DNA of 64,000 bases from assembly GCA_022844165.1 (NCBI GenBank), contig JALHMH010000023.1:13314-77313 (forward strand), in the 5' to 3' direction. Numbering within the stretch: the first letter of the stretch is position 1; each line of letters starts with the position of its first letter. Below, piece by piece: positions 39,144 through 49,195 of this stretch. Made by a program: the position numbers and the translations under genes. Below the pieces are notes generated by a model that had not been told where the DNA came from, did no database searches, and was given only the letters and a program-made list of their open reading frames with translations. The stretch comes from Lysobacterales bacterium (GTDB lineage: Bacteria > Pseudomonadota > Gammaproteobacteria > Xanthomonadales > SZUA-5).

Positions 39144-39328
39144 CTAGAGTCCTTGACTGAGCGGGATCTTGCCATTTGAGTGGACTTTTCTTCGAAGCGG
39201 CTTTGGCTGTTGAAGCCCCCTTGAGTGCAAGGGGGCGATTGAGCGCGTAGCGCTCAATGGGGGTTTTGGCAAGTACGGTGTCTGGCGAAGCCAACAATGC
39301 TCGGCGGTCTGAGGCGAAGCCTCGCTGG
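39144..39328 (+). repeat. Variant copy (D) of the CTAG-bounded repeat
   Basis: CTAGAGTCCTTGACTGAG...GCTCGGCGGTCTGAGGCGAAGCCTCGCTGG; shorter middle section. Confidence 0.9.
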
Positions 39329-39413
39329 TCATTGGCCGCGCACCTGAGCGATGTCCTCAGGTCACATCGAATGGAACGTGGCTATCAATGATCCCGCCTT
39401 AGAAGGACTCTTC

Positions 39414-40343
39414 ATGCGCGTTGCGACAATACTCTGGCGTTCGCTGCTCATACTGATTGCGGTCTATGTGATCGTGTATCTGGTCAATTTGCCCTTCGCG
39501 AGTGCGACGCCCTCGCCGCATTTCGATGTTATTGCCCATCGCGGTGTGCACCACACCTTCTCGACCGAGAACCTCAGCAACCAAACTTGCACGGCAAAGC
39601 GCATCTTTCCGCCAACGCACGACTACATCGAAAACACCTTGCCATCGATGCGCGCTGCGTTCGACGCCGGCGCCACGCGAATCGAGATCGACGTGCATCG
39701 TACCGCCGACGACGATCTGGTCGTGTTTCACGACTGGACGCTCGACTGCCGCACCGAAGGCCAGGGCGAAACACGGCGACAAACGCTGGCGGCGCTCCAG
39801 TCACTGGATGTGGGTTTCGGCTACTCGGCCGATGGCGGCCAGAGCTTTCCGCTTCGTGGCAAAGGTGTGGGCGCGATGCCGAGCCTGCGTCAGGTGCTCG
39901 CTGCGTTTCCTGACGGCCATTTCGTGATTGACCAAAAAGACCGCGACGCCGCAACGACTGCGCTGATCACAGCGCAATTGAGCGAACAAGCCGCTGCAGA
40001 GCGCGTGTGCCTGCACGCCAGGCCGGAGCGAATTTCGCAGTACCTCGGCGCTCAGCCCACGGGCTGCACGTTCGCGAGCAGGCTTGCGATCAAGACCTGT
40101 TTGTTGGAGTACCTCGAAGTGGGCTGGATGGGCAATGTGCCTATCAGCTGCCGCAATCAGCGACTTGTCGTACCGGCCGGAGGGTTGTCGCGACTGTTAT
40201 GGGGTTGGCCCTGCACTTTTGTATCGCGTTTGCAGGCGCACGGTACCCGTGTCCATGTTTTTGTACCCGATGCACGCACCGCCGCACACTGGCGAGACCT
40301 GGGTTTCGATGGCATCTGGACAGATCGAGTCGAACTTCGATGA
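39414..40343 (+). CDS. Glycerophosphodiester phosphodiesterase family protein
   Basis: IAHRG, ENTLPSM, IEIDVHRTADDDLVVFHD, DGIWTDR; N-terminal TM. Confidence 0.92.
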   Translation: MRVATILWRSLLILIAVYVIVYLVNLPFASATPSPHFDVIAHRGVHHTFSTENLSNQTCTAKRIFPPTHDYIENTLPSMRAAFDAGATRIEIDVHRTADDDLVVFHDWTLDCRTEGQGETRRQTLAALQSLDVGFGYSADGGQSFPLRGKGVGAMPSLRQVLAAFPDGHFVIDQKDRDAATTALITAQLSEQAAAERVCLHARPERISQYLGAQPTGCTFASRLAIKTCLLEYLEVGWMGNVPISCRNQRLVVPAGGLSRLLWGWPCTFVSRLQAHGTRVHVFVPDARTAAHWRDLGFDGIWTDRVELR

Positions 40344-40367
40344 CGGCCAAACCAGGTTTGTGCGAGA

Positions 40368-43079
40368 TCAGAGACGACCGGCGCGGATGCTGCGCAGCGC
40401 GTGCCGCTGCGGCGGATTGAGCTCTGCCCGGTCGGCGTCAGCCAACACGCGGAGCGCGTCCTGAACCAACGCGTCGGCTTCGGGCGACCGGCCAATGCGC
40501 CGATAACACAGCGCAAGGTAATAGGCTGCCATCGATTGCGCCAGGAGACTGGAGTCCTCGCCAGAACCCGCTTCTCGTTCGGCTTCAAGAAGTGGGATGG
40601 CGCTTTCGCAGCGACCTGCGTTGGCGAGGGCACGCGCCAGCAACGGCACTGAACGCCGCGCCTCCGGATGTTCCTGCCCCAAGATCCGCTGCCGCCCGCT
40701 CAAGGTCAGCTCAGCAAGACGCAGCGCCTCGTCTGCATTGCCCAGGATCAACTCGTAGTCGGCCAGATTCTGCATCGCCGTATAGGTATCGGGGTGCTCC
40801 TCGCCGAACACGCGCAGCCGTCGCTGGAGGCTGTCGCGCGTGAGCTTCGCTGCTTCGTCGATATTGTCGATCTGCGCATAAAATGCACCGAGATTGAGCG
40901 ATGAACGCAGGCTTGCGGGATGGTCGGGCCCCAGCGATCTGGCGCGCAGGTCGAGCACCTTGCGACCAATCTCGATGGCCTCTGGATAACGGCGCATGAA
41001 GCTCAACGTGACGGCCACGGCGTTGAGTGCATTCAGGGTGGCTGGATGCTCGTTGCCTTGCAGCCGCTGGCGTTGCGCCACCACCTCCCAGTGCAATCGC
41101 AGCGCCGATTCGAGTTCGCCACGCCGGGCGTGATTGATCGCCAATTGTTCGAGCGTGCCAACGCGCAGCAAATCGTCCTCGCCGCGCGCCCGGCCGATGC
41201 GTTCGATGAGTTCTTCCCACAAAGGCAAAGCCGCTTCGTAGTCATCCAGGCGCGAATACAACAAAGCCAGCACTTGTTTTGCGATCAAGGATTCTTCGGC
41301 ATCCGGACCGAACTGCCGGTCGAACCGCGGCAGCAGATCGCGTACCGCCGCGAGGCTGTCGTTCAGTTTGCCACGCTCCAGACCATCGAGCTCCGCTCGC
41401 AGAAGTTGGGCTCGAAGCGCAGTGCCTTCATCGCCGGCAGCTGAGGCTGCCGCATGCAGCGCATCGATCTCGATCGCCAGGCCATCGGATTGGCCCATCT
41501 GCTTGCGCAGGCTGAGCCCCAGGAAAGTGAGGCGGAATGCCATCCCCGACTCCCCGCCGATCGCCTGCCAACGGCGCCTGGCGTCGGTCACGATGGCCAA
41601 CGCACGATCGTTGCGGCCCAGGGCGATATAGGATTCGGCAATGCTGCGCATCAGCTCCACTGCCACGCGCGGTTGATCGCGCAGGTCGCGGTCGATCGTC
41701 GTCAAGGCCCGGTCGAGCAGTTCCCGATCCAGCAACTGGCGTGCGGCTTCTGTGGGGTTGGCCAGCACTAACTGGCGCTCGAAGTTCTCGCGGCCGACGG
41801 CATCGACGCTGGCGTATTGCTCGGCGAGCGTGTGTTGCAATGTTTGCCCCAGCGTTGCAGGATCGGCGCTGGCCAACATGCGCTGCTGAAATGTCGCTAC
41901 GCGCTCGATTTCCGTTTGTCGTGCGGCCGCGATATCGCGCTCACGCCGGGCTTCCAACAGCCCGTAAGTGGTAGCGGTCAGCCCCAGAATCAACGAGAGC
42001 AACAGCGCAACGGCAAAGGCGACCGGGAGGGGATTGCGTTGCACATAGAGCGAGACCCGGCGCCATCGCGACGCGTGATTGGCGCGTACCGGCCGGTATT
42101 CCAGGTATGCACGCAGGTCGGCAATCAGCTCGCCCGCCGATTCGTAGCGTTCGCTGCGTTTGACCGCCATCGCGCGGGCAACAATGGCTTCCAGATCGCC
42201 GGCTGCAAGACGTGCCTCGGCGCGCAGTCCGCGCGCGCGCAGTCGCTCGCTGAGGCGTTGAGGTGCGAGATTCAAGAAATCGCGCCTTAGCGCGTCTGTA
42301 TTGTTGGCGCTGAATTCGGAATCGCCGAAGGGCTGGGCGCCGCAGATCAGCTCGTACAGCATGACCCCCAGCGCATACACATCGCTACGTGCATCGACGT
42401 CCGTGCCGCCGTCGTCGAATCGAATGCCGAGTTGTTCCGGGCTCATGTACCCGCGCGTGCCGGCCATCGCACTCGAGTGACGCGAACCCGGAACTCGGGT
42501 CGCAGAGGTCGCCAGGCCAAAGTCGATGATCTTCGGCTGCGGCGTACCGTCGACTTCGGCGACCAGCACATTGCCAGGCTTCAAATCCAGGTGCAGGATG
42601 CCGCGTCGGTGCGCGTGTTGCACGCCAAGGCAGACACGCACGTACAGTTCGACGCGGCCACGAAGATTCAGCCGGAGCCGCTCGCAACAGCGGTCGATCG
42701 GTTCGCCCGGCACATACTCCATGGCCAGATACGGGAATCCATCGGTGCTGGTCCCCGCCTCGTACACCTGTGCGATGGCCGGGTGGCTCATGCGTGCCAG
42801 CGCCTGGCGTTCGATTTCGAAACGCGCCAATGCGTTGACGTCAGTGATCCGGCGTTGCATGAACTTGAGCGCAACCTGGCGTTGCACTGGATACAGTTGC
42901 TCGGCGAGGAACACCTGCCCCATGCCGCCTTTGCCCAGAAGTCGCACCAGTTCAAAGGCGCCCAGTCGCTGACCCGGATACAACTCGATCGATTCGCCCG
43001 CTGTCGCGCCCAACGTCAGTCGCACCTGGTGCAAACCAGGCGGTGTCGGATGCGTATCGTCAGAAGTCGAGCTGTTCAT
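40368..43079 (-). CDS. Hanks-type Ser/Thr kinase with TM helix and TPR array
   Basis: GKGGMGQV, VALK, HLDLKPGN, DFG, GYMSPE, DVYALG; repeated LGxEHPxT TPR units. Confidence 0.93.
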   Translation of the reverse strand: MNSSTSDDTHPTPPGLHQVRLTLGATAGESIELYPGQRLGAFELVRLLGKGGMGQVFLAEQLYPVQRQVALKFMQRRITDVNALARFEIERQALARMSHPAIAQVYEAGTSTDGFPYLAMEYVPGEPIDRCCERLRLNLRGRVELYVRVCLGVQHAHRRGILHLDLKPGNVLVAEVDGTPQPKIIDFGLATSATRVPGSRHSSAMAGTRGYMSPEQLGIRFDDGGTDVDARSDVYALGVMLYELICGAQPFGDSEFSANNTDALRRDFLNLAPQRLSERLRARGLRAEARLAAGDLEAIVARAMAVKRSERYESAGELIADLRAYLEYRPVRANHASRWRRVSLYVQRNPLPVAFAVALLLSLILGLTATTYGLLEARRERDIAAARQTEIERVATFQQRMLASADPATLGQTLQHTLAEQYASVDAVGRENFERQLVLANPTEAARQLLDRELLDRALTTIDRDLRDQPRVAVELMRSIAESYIALGRNDRALAIVTDARRRWQAIGGESGMAFRLTFLGLSLRKQMGQSDGLAIEIDALHAAASAAGDEGTALRAQLLRAELDGLERGKLNDSLAAVRDLLPRFDRQFGPDAEESLIAKQVLALLYSRLDDYEAALPLWEELIERIGRARGEDDLLRVGTLEQLAINHARRGELESALRLHWEVVAQRQRLQGNEHPATLNALNAVAVTLSFMRRYPEAIEIGRKVLDLRARSLGPDHPASLRSSLNLGAFYAQIDNIDEAAKLTRDSLQRRLRVFGEEHPDTYTAMQNLADYELILGNADEALRLAELTLSGRQRILGQEHPEARRSVPLLARALANAGRCESAIPLLEAEREAGSGEDSSLLAQSMAAYYLALCYRRIGRSPEADALVQDALRVLADADRAELNPPQRHALRSIRAGRL

Positions 43080-43171
43080 CCCTCAAAAGCGGCGTGTGAT
43101 CGAGACGTCGACAATCGCGAAACATTCCGCATCATAGACGCTGCTTGTGGGGTGCGCCGAGTTGGCTTGAA

Positions 43172-43191
43172 CTGAGGCGAAGCCTCGCTAG
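43172..43191 (+). repeat. End fragment (E) of the CTAG-bounded repeat
   Basis: CTGAGGCGAAGCCTCGCTAG is identical to the last 20 nt of copy B. Confidence 0.85.
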
Positions 43192-43610
43192 GTCTTGCCG
43201 ATAATCGATGCTGTTGCGATCAACTCCTCCAGGAGTGCCATCGACACTCGCCCGGACACGGCATAGGGATCGAGTAACGCACGCTCGCCGTACTTGAGCA
43301 AAACCGATGCGTTGATTTTGGCCAGATTGACCAGCCCCATGGTCCATCCGGCAAAGCGGCGCTCAGTGACTTCTTCATAGTGCAATAAGGTCACCTGAAC
43401 GTGTCTTGGATCCGCTGCGATTCGGTTGTACAACACATTGACCTGCTCGCGGCCGCCCTCGAGTACTTGCATGTACACCTCGCCGCCGTGGCACAAGATG
43501 CCGGTAATGCCGCGCGCTGGATTGTGCTTGCGCGAGGCTTCGAGTATCGATTCGATCGATGTTGAGTTGGCGCCGGCGGCGCGGCTGGCATAGAGCAGGC
43601 GTACGAGCAT
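43188..43610 (-). CDS. Short BLUF-domain blue-light photoreceptor
   Basis: RLLYASRA, NPARGITGIL, YMQVLEG, DPRH, RRFAGWTM (conserved Tyr/Asn/Gln/Trp/Met). Confidence 0.95.
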   Translation of the reverse strand: MLVRLLYASRAAGANSTSIESILEASRKHNPARGITGILCHGGEVYMQVLEGGREQVNVLYNRIAADPRHVQVTLLHYEEVTERRFAGWTMGLVNLAKINASVLLKYGERALLDPYAVSGRVSMALLEELIATASIIGKT

Positions 43611-43612
43611 GA

Positions 43613-43632
43613 CTAACGTCCTTGACTAAGCG
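43613..43632 (+). repeat. Left-end fragment (F) of the CTAG-bounded repeat
   Basis: CTAACGTCCTTGACTAAGCG versus copy D CTAGAGTCCTTGACTGAGCG (17/20). Confidence 0.6.
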
Positions 43633-43686
43633 TGATTCGGACAAACGACTCAGAGTCTCTTTGTTACTGGGGCCAAACGCCTCGCC

Positions 43687-44382
43687 TCATCGATTCAACA
43701 AACTCAAGAACTCGCGACGCAGGTTCGCATCCTTAAGGAAAGAACCGCGCATCACACTGTTGATCATCTTCGAATCGCTGTCTTTGACGCCACGCCAATG
43801 CATGCAGAAGTGGTCGGCTTCCATTACCAGCGCGAGGCCGTCGGGTTGCATCATGTCGTACAGTAAAGACGACAACTGTGTGACCGCTTCCTCCTGGATC
43901 TGCGGCCGACTCATCACCCAGTCGCAAAGGCGCGCGTACTTCGACAGGCCAATGAGATTCGAATGTTCGTTCGGCATCACGCCCACCCAGACGCGGCCGA
44001 TAATCGGACACAAGTGGTGGGAGCACGCGCTGCGAACTTTGATCGGGCCCACGATCATCAGTTCGTTCAGGCGTTCGACATTCGGAAACTCGGTGACCGC
44101 AGGTGCGGGGACGTAACGGCCGCGAAACACCTCTTGCAGGTACATCTTGGCCACACGCCGTGCGGTGTCGCGCGTATTGTGATCGCTTGAGGTGTCGATC
44201 ACGAGGCTTTCCAACACGGCCTTGAGCTTGCTCTCGACTTCCGACTGTAGTTGTTCGATTTCGCCGGGTTCAATGAACGCGGCGATGTTGTCGTTAGCGT
44301 TGAAGCGCTTGCCCGCGCCGGTAATGCGCTGGCGGATTCGCTCCGAAACCGCCACAACGGGGATTTCCTGGGTTTTTGGCAT
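43687..44382 (-). CDS. folE: GTP cyclohydrolase I
   Basis: TARRVAKMY, SACSHHLCP, GLSKYAR, RPQIQE, HFCMHWRG. Confidence 0.96.
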   Translation of the reverse strand: MPKTQEIPVVAVSERIRQRITGAGKRFNANDNIAAFIEPGEIEQLQSEVESKLKAVLESLVIDTSSDHNTRDTARRVAKMYLQEVFRGRYVPAPAVTEFPNVERLNELMIVGPIKVRSACSHHLCPIIGRVWVGVMPNEHSNLIGLSKYARLCDWVMSRPQIQEEAVTQLSSLLYDMMQPDGLALVMEADHFCMHWRGVKDSDSKMINSVMRGSFLKDANLRREFLSLLNR

Positions 44383-44471
44383 TGCGATAAATCACGATGG
44401 CTGCTCGCCAATGCTGGCACAGCTTGCGTATGTTTAGCGTGTCTGACGCGTATGACTGAATTGCCCGGACC

Positions 44472-47330
44472 ATGATCCCAAATTCCGTAGTTGGACGCGT
44501 CTTCGTCATTTTGCTCAGCGCTACGCTGATGTGCTGCGCAAGCGCTCTGCGCGCCGCGATCAGCTATGCGCTCGATCCGGACATTCCAACCCTCAACCCA
44601 ACGCACATGGTCCGCGATCGGGCAGGTCGGGTCTGGCTTGCCGAACGGGAGAACCTGAGCTGGTTCGACGGCCACCGCTTCCAGACTGAACAGCCCGACG
44701 ACGGTCTGGGCAACATAACCGACCTGAGTATCCAAGGCGATCGCCTGCTGGTTGCGCACGAGGGCGGCGTTGCGGTCCTGGATCTGGCGGCATGGCGCTG
44801 GCAACGGTTGGCGACCCAGAGCGCGCTTGCGATCGAGTCGCACGCTGGCCGACTTTATCTCGCGAGCGATGCAGCGCTGGGTGAATTGACATTGGCGCCA
44901 ACGCTCTCGTTGACACCGTTGACCGGACAGTGGCCCGAACGCGTCCTTGATTTGCACAGTTTGCCGAGCGGCTTGTATGGGACCAGCGCCACCGGCTACT
45001 GGCGCTATGACCTGGAGGCGCGGACGGCAGAAAAACTCAGGTTCAATGCGCCGGCGCTGGACAACGGCGAGCGATACGCCTGGTCGATGACCGAGTGGCC
45101 GGCGGGGCAGCTTTGGCTGGGCTTCTGGGATGATGCACTGGTACGGCTGGACCTGAAGACCGGCAAGCACGACTGGTTCCATCCGCAACAGCGCGATACC
45201 GGGGCATTGCGTTCGACCAGCATCTACGATCTGTTGCCGCTGGGCGATCGACTGATAATCGCCACCAATCGCGGGCTGGTGTACTTCGAAACATCTTGCG
45301 CCTGTTTCAAGAGCCTGAACTTGCCGCGATGGGATGCGGTCGATGGCAGTGGCGTGATCATCGACGATCTGGCGTCGGCCGAACAGCCCGATCAGCACGG
45401 TCTTTGGGCATCCGTGCTCGGTGAAGGACTGGCACGTTTTGACCGCAACGACTTTTACTTTAGCAACCAGGTTCGTGTCGAGTCTGTTTCCGGCGCACCA
45501 CGCGGACTGAGCAACAACATGGTGCGTGCGCTGGCGTTGCGGCAGAACGAACTGTATGTCGGCAGCTATGGCGGCGGCGTGCAAATGGCCCAACAACGCC
45601 CAATTGGCCAACTGTGGGCGATGGGCGAGGTTGAATACGCTTCGCAACGCATCGAAGCACGCTATCTGTGGCACATCCTGCCACGCGCTGACGGACTCGC
45701 GCTAAGCACCGGCGATGGACTGGTGACGATCGATGCTGAGGGGTCGGTGGCCCTCGACAGCATCAAGAGCGCCCGCTGCGCGGTGGAGTTGGACGGCCGG
45801 TTGTGGGTTGGCACCACGCGCGGTGTCTTCCGCACGGACGGCTCGGCGCTGGTGCCGATCGGGCCGCCGGCGGCGGTCCTGAGTTGCGCCAGAGTTGGCG
45901 ACCACGCCTGGTTCGGGCAATCCGATGGTTTACGCCGATTTCGGGGCGATGGCACCGAGCTACCGCCGCCTCGTGGGCCAGACCTGGAGCAATCCTCGCT
46001 CATCGTGTTTGCGCAGCACCACGGCACGACCACATGGCTCGCGACTAACCAGGGGGTGCTCCGCGCATCGCCGGGGCAAGATCAGGATTGGTCGCTGGAT
46101 GTCGAGAACGCTGCGATTGACCGGGCCATGAGTATCGCCGTCGATGGCAGCCAACGGCTGTGGCTCGGCACCAGCCAGGGACTGATCCGGTACGACCCTG
46201 GCTCGCGGCGTGTCGATCGCTTCGACGCTGCAGATGGTCTGTTCGGGCGTGAAATGAACATCGGCGCGCTGCTGTTCGATGGCCAGTACATGCATGTCGG
46301 TGGCAACGGCGGCTTGGCCACTTTCGAGCCCGACCGCATCGCTGCACGTTCGGCCCGACTGACCCCGCGCATCGAGCGTTTGCGTGTTGGCACAGGCCCT
46401 TGGGCACGCACCAGCCGACTGTCGTTGCCCGCCCAACACGCGCCCGTGTATCTGGAATTTGCCAGCAACGACTATGCGCGACCGCGGCAGCTGCGGTATT
46501 CGGTGCGCCTGCTTTCGGAGAGCCGAACGGGCGAGTGGGTGAGCCTGGGCGCGCATCCGGATTTTATGCTGGAGCGTCTGCCTGCGGGCCAACATCGCCT
46601 TGAGGTCCAGGTACTGGCAAACGACGTTGCGGACAGTGCAGCGCAGGCAACGCTGCTGCACCTCAATGTTGCCGCCATGTGGTACCAGCGCACCAGCACG
46701 ATCATGTTGGCTTTGTTGACGCTGTTGGGTGTCGGCTTTGGATTCGGCTCCTGGCGTGCGCGGTGGTTAGCCGTGCAGCGCGCAACACTGGAACGCAAGA
46801 TTGCAGAACAGACAACGGAGCTGCGTGCGCGCAACGCCGAACTGCAGCGATTGGCAGTCACCGATCCCCTGACGGGGCTGGCCAACCGCCGGCAATTGTT
46901 CGAGGTACTGAGCGCCGCGGAAAACGTCGCGATCCTGGCGCTTGATCTGGATCACTTCAAACGCATTAACGATACCTTCGGCCATGCAGCGGGCGATCGC
47001 ATACTGCAGCAGTTCGCCGGCCTGTTGACGAGCTACGAGCCCAAACGTCTGGCAGCTCGGACGGGTGGCGAAGAGTTCGTACTCGTACTCGATCGGAATG
47101 CGGTTGACCCGCTCAAAGCGGCGCAGCAAATTCTCACGCAGACGCGTAGCCTGCCGATACACTTAGGGGAGAAAAAGGTGTCTCTGACTGTCAGCATCGG
47201 CGTCTTGCCTTCGGCAAACGGAGCACCCGATGAATCGATGCGGCGTGCCGATGACGCTCTGTATCGGGCCAAGCAGTGGCGCGACACCATCGTGGTCGGC
47301 ATTGAAAGCGATTCTCGGTCAGCGCCGTGA
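44472..47330 (+). CDS. Diguanylate cyclase with periplasmic beta-propeller/Y_Y_Y sensor
   Basis: Signal peptide, repeated LWxGT/GL propeller blades, TM helix, TDPLTGLANRR, DLDHFKRINDTFGH, GGEEF. Confidence 0.92.
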   Translation: MIPNSVVGRVFVILLSATLMCCASALRAAISYALDPDIPTLNPTHMVRDRAGRVWLAERENLSWFDGHRFQTEQPDDGLGNITDLSIQGDRLLVAHEGGVAVLDLAAWRWQRLATQSALAIESHAGRLYLASDAALGELTLAPTLSLTPLTGQWPERVLDLHSLPSGLYGTSATGYWRYDLEARTAEKLRFNAPALDNGERYAWSMTEWPAGQLWLGFWDDALVRLDLKTGKHDWFHPQQRDTGALRSTSIYDLLPLGDRLIIATNRGLVYFETSCACFKSLNLPRWDAVDGSGVIIDDLASAEQPDQHGLWASVLGEGLARFDRNDFYFSNQVRVESVSGAPRGLSNNMVRALALRQNELYVGSYGGGVQMAQQRPIGQLWAMGEVEYASQRIEARYLWHILPRADGLALSTGDGLVTIDAEGSVALDSIKSARCAVELDGRLWVGTTRGVFRTDGSALVPIGPPAAVLSCARVGDHAWFGQSDGLRRFRGDGTELPPPRGPDLEQSSLIVFAQHHGTTTWLATNQGVLRASPGQDQDWSLDVENAAIDRAMSIAVDGSQRLWLGTSQGLIRYDPGSRRVDRFDAADGLFGREMNIGALLFDGQYMHVGGNGGLATFEPDRIAARSARLTPRIERLRVGTGPWARTSRLSLPAQHAPVYLEFASNDYARPRQLRYSVRLLSESRTGEWVSLGAHPDFMLERLPAGQHRLEVQVLANDVADSAAQATLLHLNVAAMWYQRTSTIMLALLTLLGVGFGFGSWRARWLAVQRATLERKIAEQTTELRARNAELQRLAVTDPLTGLANRRQLFEVLSAAENVAILALDLDHFKRINDTFGHAAGDRILQQFAGLLTSYEPKRLAARTGGEEFVLVLDRNAVDPLKAAQQILTQTRSLPIHLGEKKVSLTVSIGVLPSANGAPDESMRRADDALYRAKQWRDTIVVGIESDSRSAP

Positions 47331-47908
47331 ATCGCAAATCACTCGAACTACGCTATTCGCGACCACTGTTGATCGCTGGTCTGATCGGCTGTCTGGTCGC
47401 AGCTGGTGCTGTTGCTTACGTCGGCATTGCATTTGGCGTCATATTGCCGCAAATGGGTCTGCTGGCGGCGGTTTTTCTCACGCCAATCGGCCTTATTCTC
47501 CTCTGGTGGGCGGTCGCCGCCATGCGTGCGCTCGCCAATACAGGTCCGATATTGATCATCGATCATGACGGCATCTGGGACATTCGCCAATCGCAGCAGT
47601 TCATTCCGTGGGACGACATCCAGCGAGCGCAGCTGCGCAGTACCCGGCGCGGACCGGCGATCCACGTCGACTTCAAACCAGAAGTGGCCCGCGATTACGT
47701 GGGCCGGCTCTACGGGCTGCGGCGGCTCTTCAACGTGCTCTCCGCGGCGGGTGATCGTGAGCTGTTTTTGGGCGCTTTGTCGTATCGCTACAAGGACGTG
47801 GAGCGTGCGCTGAGAGATCGACATCGCGAACACCGTGTGCAGGCTGTGCGGCAACACGCGGACAATGAGAAGGTGATGCGCGAGTTGCGGGAGCGGAATG
47901 CGAGATGA
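47327..47908 (+). CDS. Hypothetical membrane protein (two TM helices plus PH-like domain)
   Basis: GTGA overlap with the DGC stop; LIIDHDGI...IPWDDI pattern. Confidence 0.7.
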   Translation: MNRKSLELRYSRPLLIAGLIGCLVAAGAVAYVGIAFGVILPQMGLLAAVFLTPIGLILLWWAVAAMRALANTGPILIIDHDGIWDIRQSQQFIPWDDIQRAQLRSTRRGPAIHVDFKPEVARDYVGRLYGLRRLFNVLSAAGDRELFLGALSYRYKDVERALRDRHREHRVQAVRQHADNEKVMRELRERNAR

Positions 47909-48018
47909 TCTTGCCTCGGATCATCGGCTGGCGCATGCCGTGGGCGAGCGCTGTTTAACGGGCAGCAAGCGCCGCGAGTTCGAACGGGCGGAGATTGCCG
48001 AGCCCGTCGCCGGGGCGT

Positions 48019-48046
48019 GTCAACCAAAAGCGTTGCGCACCGTTAG
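48019..48046 (+). promoter_or_regulatory. Putative autoregulated ECF promoter
   Basis: GTCAAC-16 nt-CGTTAG fits the ECF AAC-N16/17-CGT consensus, upstream of the ECF gene. Confidence 0.5.
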
Positions 48047-48078
48047 GGGCCAGCAGTTGTCCTGGATTTCGATGACCG

Positions 48079-48672
48079 ATGAATGCGGTGTTATCCACCA
48101 TCTCACCATTACCCATCGCGGGTGCGATGTCTAGATCGCCCGCCCAATGCGCCCGCCTGAACGACTTTCTCCGTGGCGTCGAGCGCCGCGCGCTGCGCAT
48201 GGCAGAGCTGGCGGTTCGTCAGCGGGAAGACGCGCTCGAGTTGGTGCAGGAGGCGATGCTGAGTTTTGTCAAAAGCTACAGTCACAAATCGGACGACGAA
48301 TGGGCGCCCTTGTTTTGGCGCGTGATCGACAACAAAATCCTGGATCATCACCGTCGGTTCGAAGTACGCTCGCGCTGGAGGGGATTCTTTTCGTCTCGCG
48401 ATGACGATGACGGGGATGAACTGGCGCAGATGCCCGATCCGCGCCAGCCAGAGCCGTCTGTGGCACTGGGCGCGGCCGCATCCGGTCGGGCGATTGAGAG
48501 CGCATTGAGATCGTTGCCGAATCGACAGCGGCAGGCTTTTTTGTTCCGCCAGTGGGAGGGGCTGGATGTCGCGGCCACGGCTCAGGCCATGGGCTGTTCT
48601 GAGGGCAGCGTCAAAACGCACCTGTTCCGTGCCATGGAAAGTCTGCGGGAACGCTTGAAGGATCACATATGA
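48079..48672 (+). CDS. ECF RNA polymerase sigma factor
   Basis: DALELVQEAM (region 2), LPNRQRQAFL...EGLDVAATAQAMGCSEGSVKTHLFRA (region 4); start may be 48127. Confidence 0.93.
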   Translation: MNAVLSTISPLPIAGAMSRSPAQCARLNDFLRGVERRALRMAELAVRQREDALELVQEAMLSFVKSYSHKSDDEWAPLFWRVIDNKILDHHRRFEVRSRWRGFFSSRDDDDGDELAQMPDPRQPEPSVALGAAASGRAIESALRSLPNRQRQAFLFRQWEGLDVAATAQAMGCSEGSVKTHLFRAMESLRERLKDHI

Positions 48673-49007
48673 ACGACGAACGCTTGAGCGCTTTGGTATG
48701 CGCGCAACTGGACGATGACGTGGCGCACCTCGACGCGGCGACAATATCGCGCCTGAACCAGGCACGGCAGCGCGCGTTGGCGACCTCACCGACGCCGCGA
48801 TGGGCATGGTTCGGCTCTGCAGTGACAGCGTGCGCGATGCTGTTGGCGCTGTCCAGTCTTTGGTACGCACCGGTGCCGACGGCGCCCGTGTTCGATGAGC
48901 TTATATCCGATGGCGATCTGGAGTTGATCGAAGAACTGGAGTTTTATGCCTGGCTGAAACACGCCGAAGGGCCGCCCGATGAGCTCGATTTGCGCGAGCC
49001 CTCATGA
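48669..49007 (+). CDS. Putative anti-sigma factor (DUF3619-like)
   Basis: LDAATISRLNQARQRAL, one TM helix, ELEFYAWL; ATGA-coupled to the sigma gene. Confidence 0.8.
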   Translation: MNDERLSALVCAQLDDDVAHLDAATISRLNQARQRALATSPTPRWAWFGSAVTACAMLLALSSLWYAPVPTAPVFDELISDGDLELIEELEFYAWLKHAEGPPDELDLREPS

Positions 49008-49195
49008 TCTTGTTGCTGGCTTTTGCGCTCGCGGCCGAACCGCCGCCGGCGGATTTGCCGGTGGAAGCCCCGAGCGCTGATTTGCTGTTGTATCTGGGCG
49101 AATTCGATGACGATGACGATCCAGAAGCGCTCACCGATGCGATGGAAACCGAAGCAACCGATGACGACAATGACCGCCCGCCTCCGCCTCGTTAG
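49004..49195 (+). CDS. Small secreted acidic protein
   Basis: ATGA coupling, signal peptide, PSADLLLYLGEF motif. Confidence 0.65.
   Translation: MILLLAFALAAEPPPADLPVEAPSADLLLYLGEFDDDDDPEALTDAMETEATDDDNDRPPPPR

Noticed and set aside
44199-45674. 491-aa minus-strand ORF and similar long antisense ORFs (8395-9516, 35284-36381, 54378-55562)
   Set aside because: Shadow frames of well-supported genes, expected in GC-rich DNA
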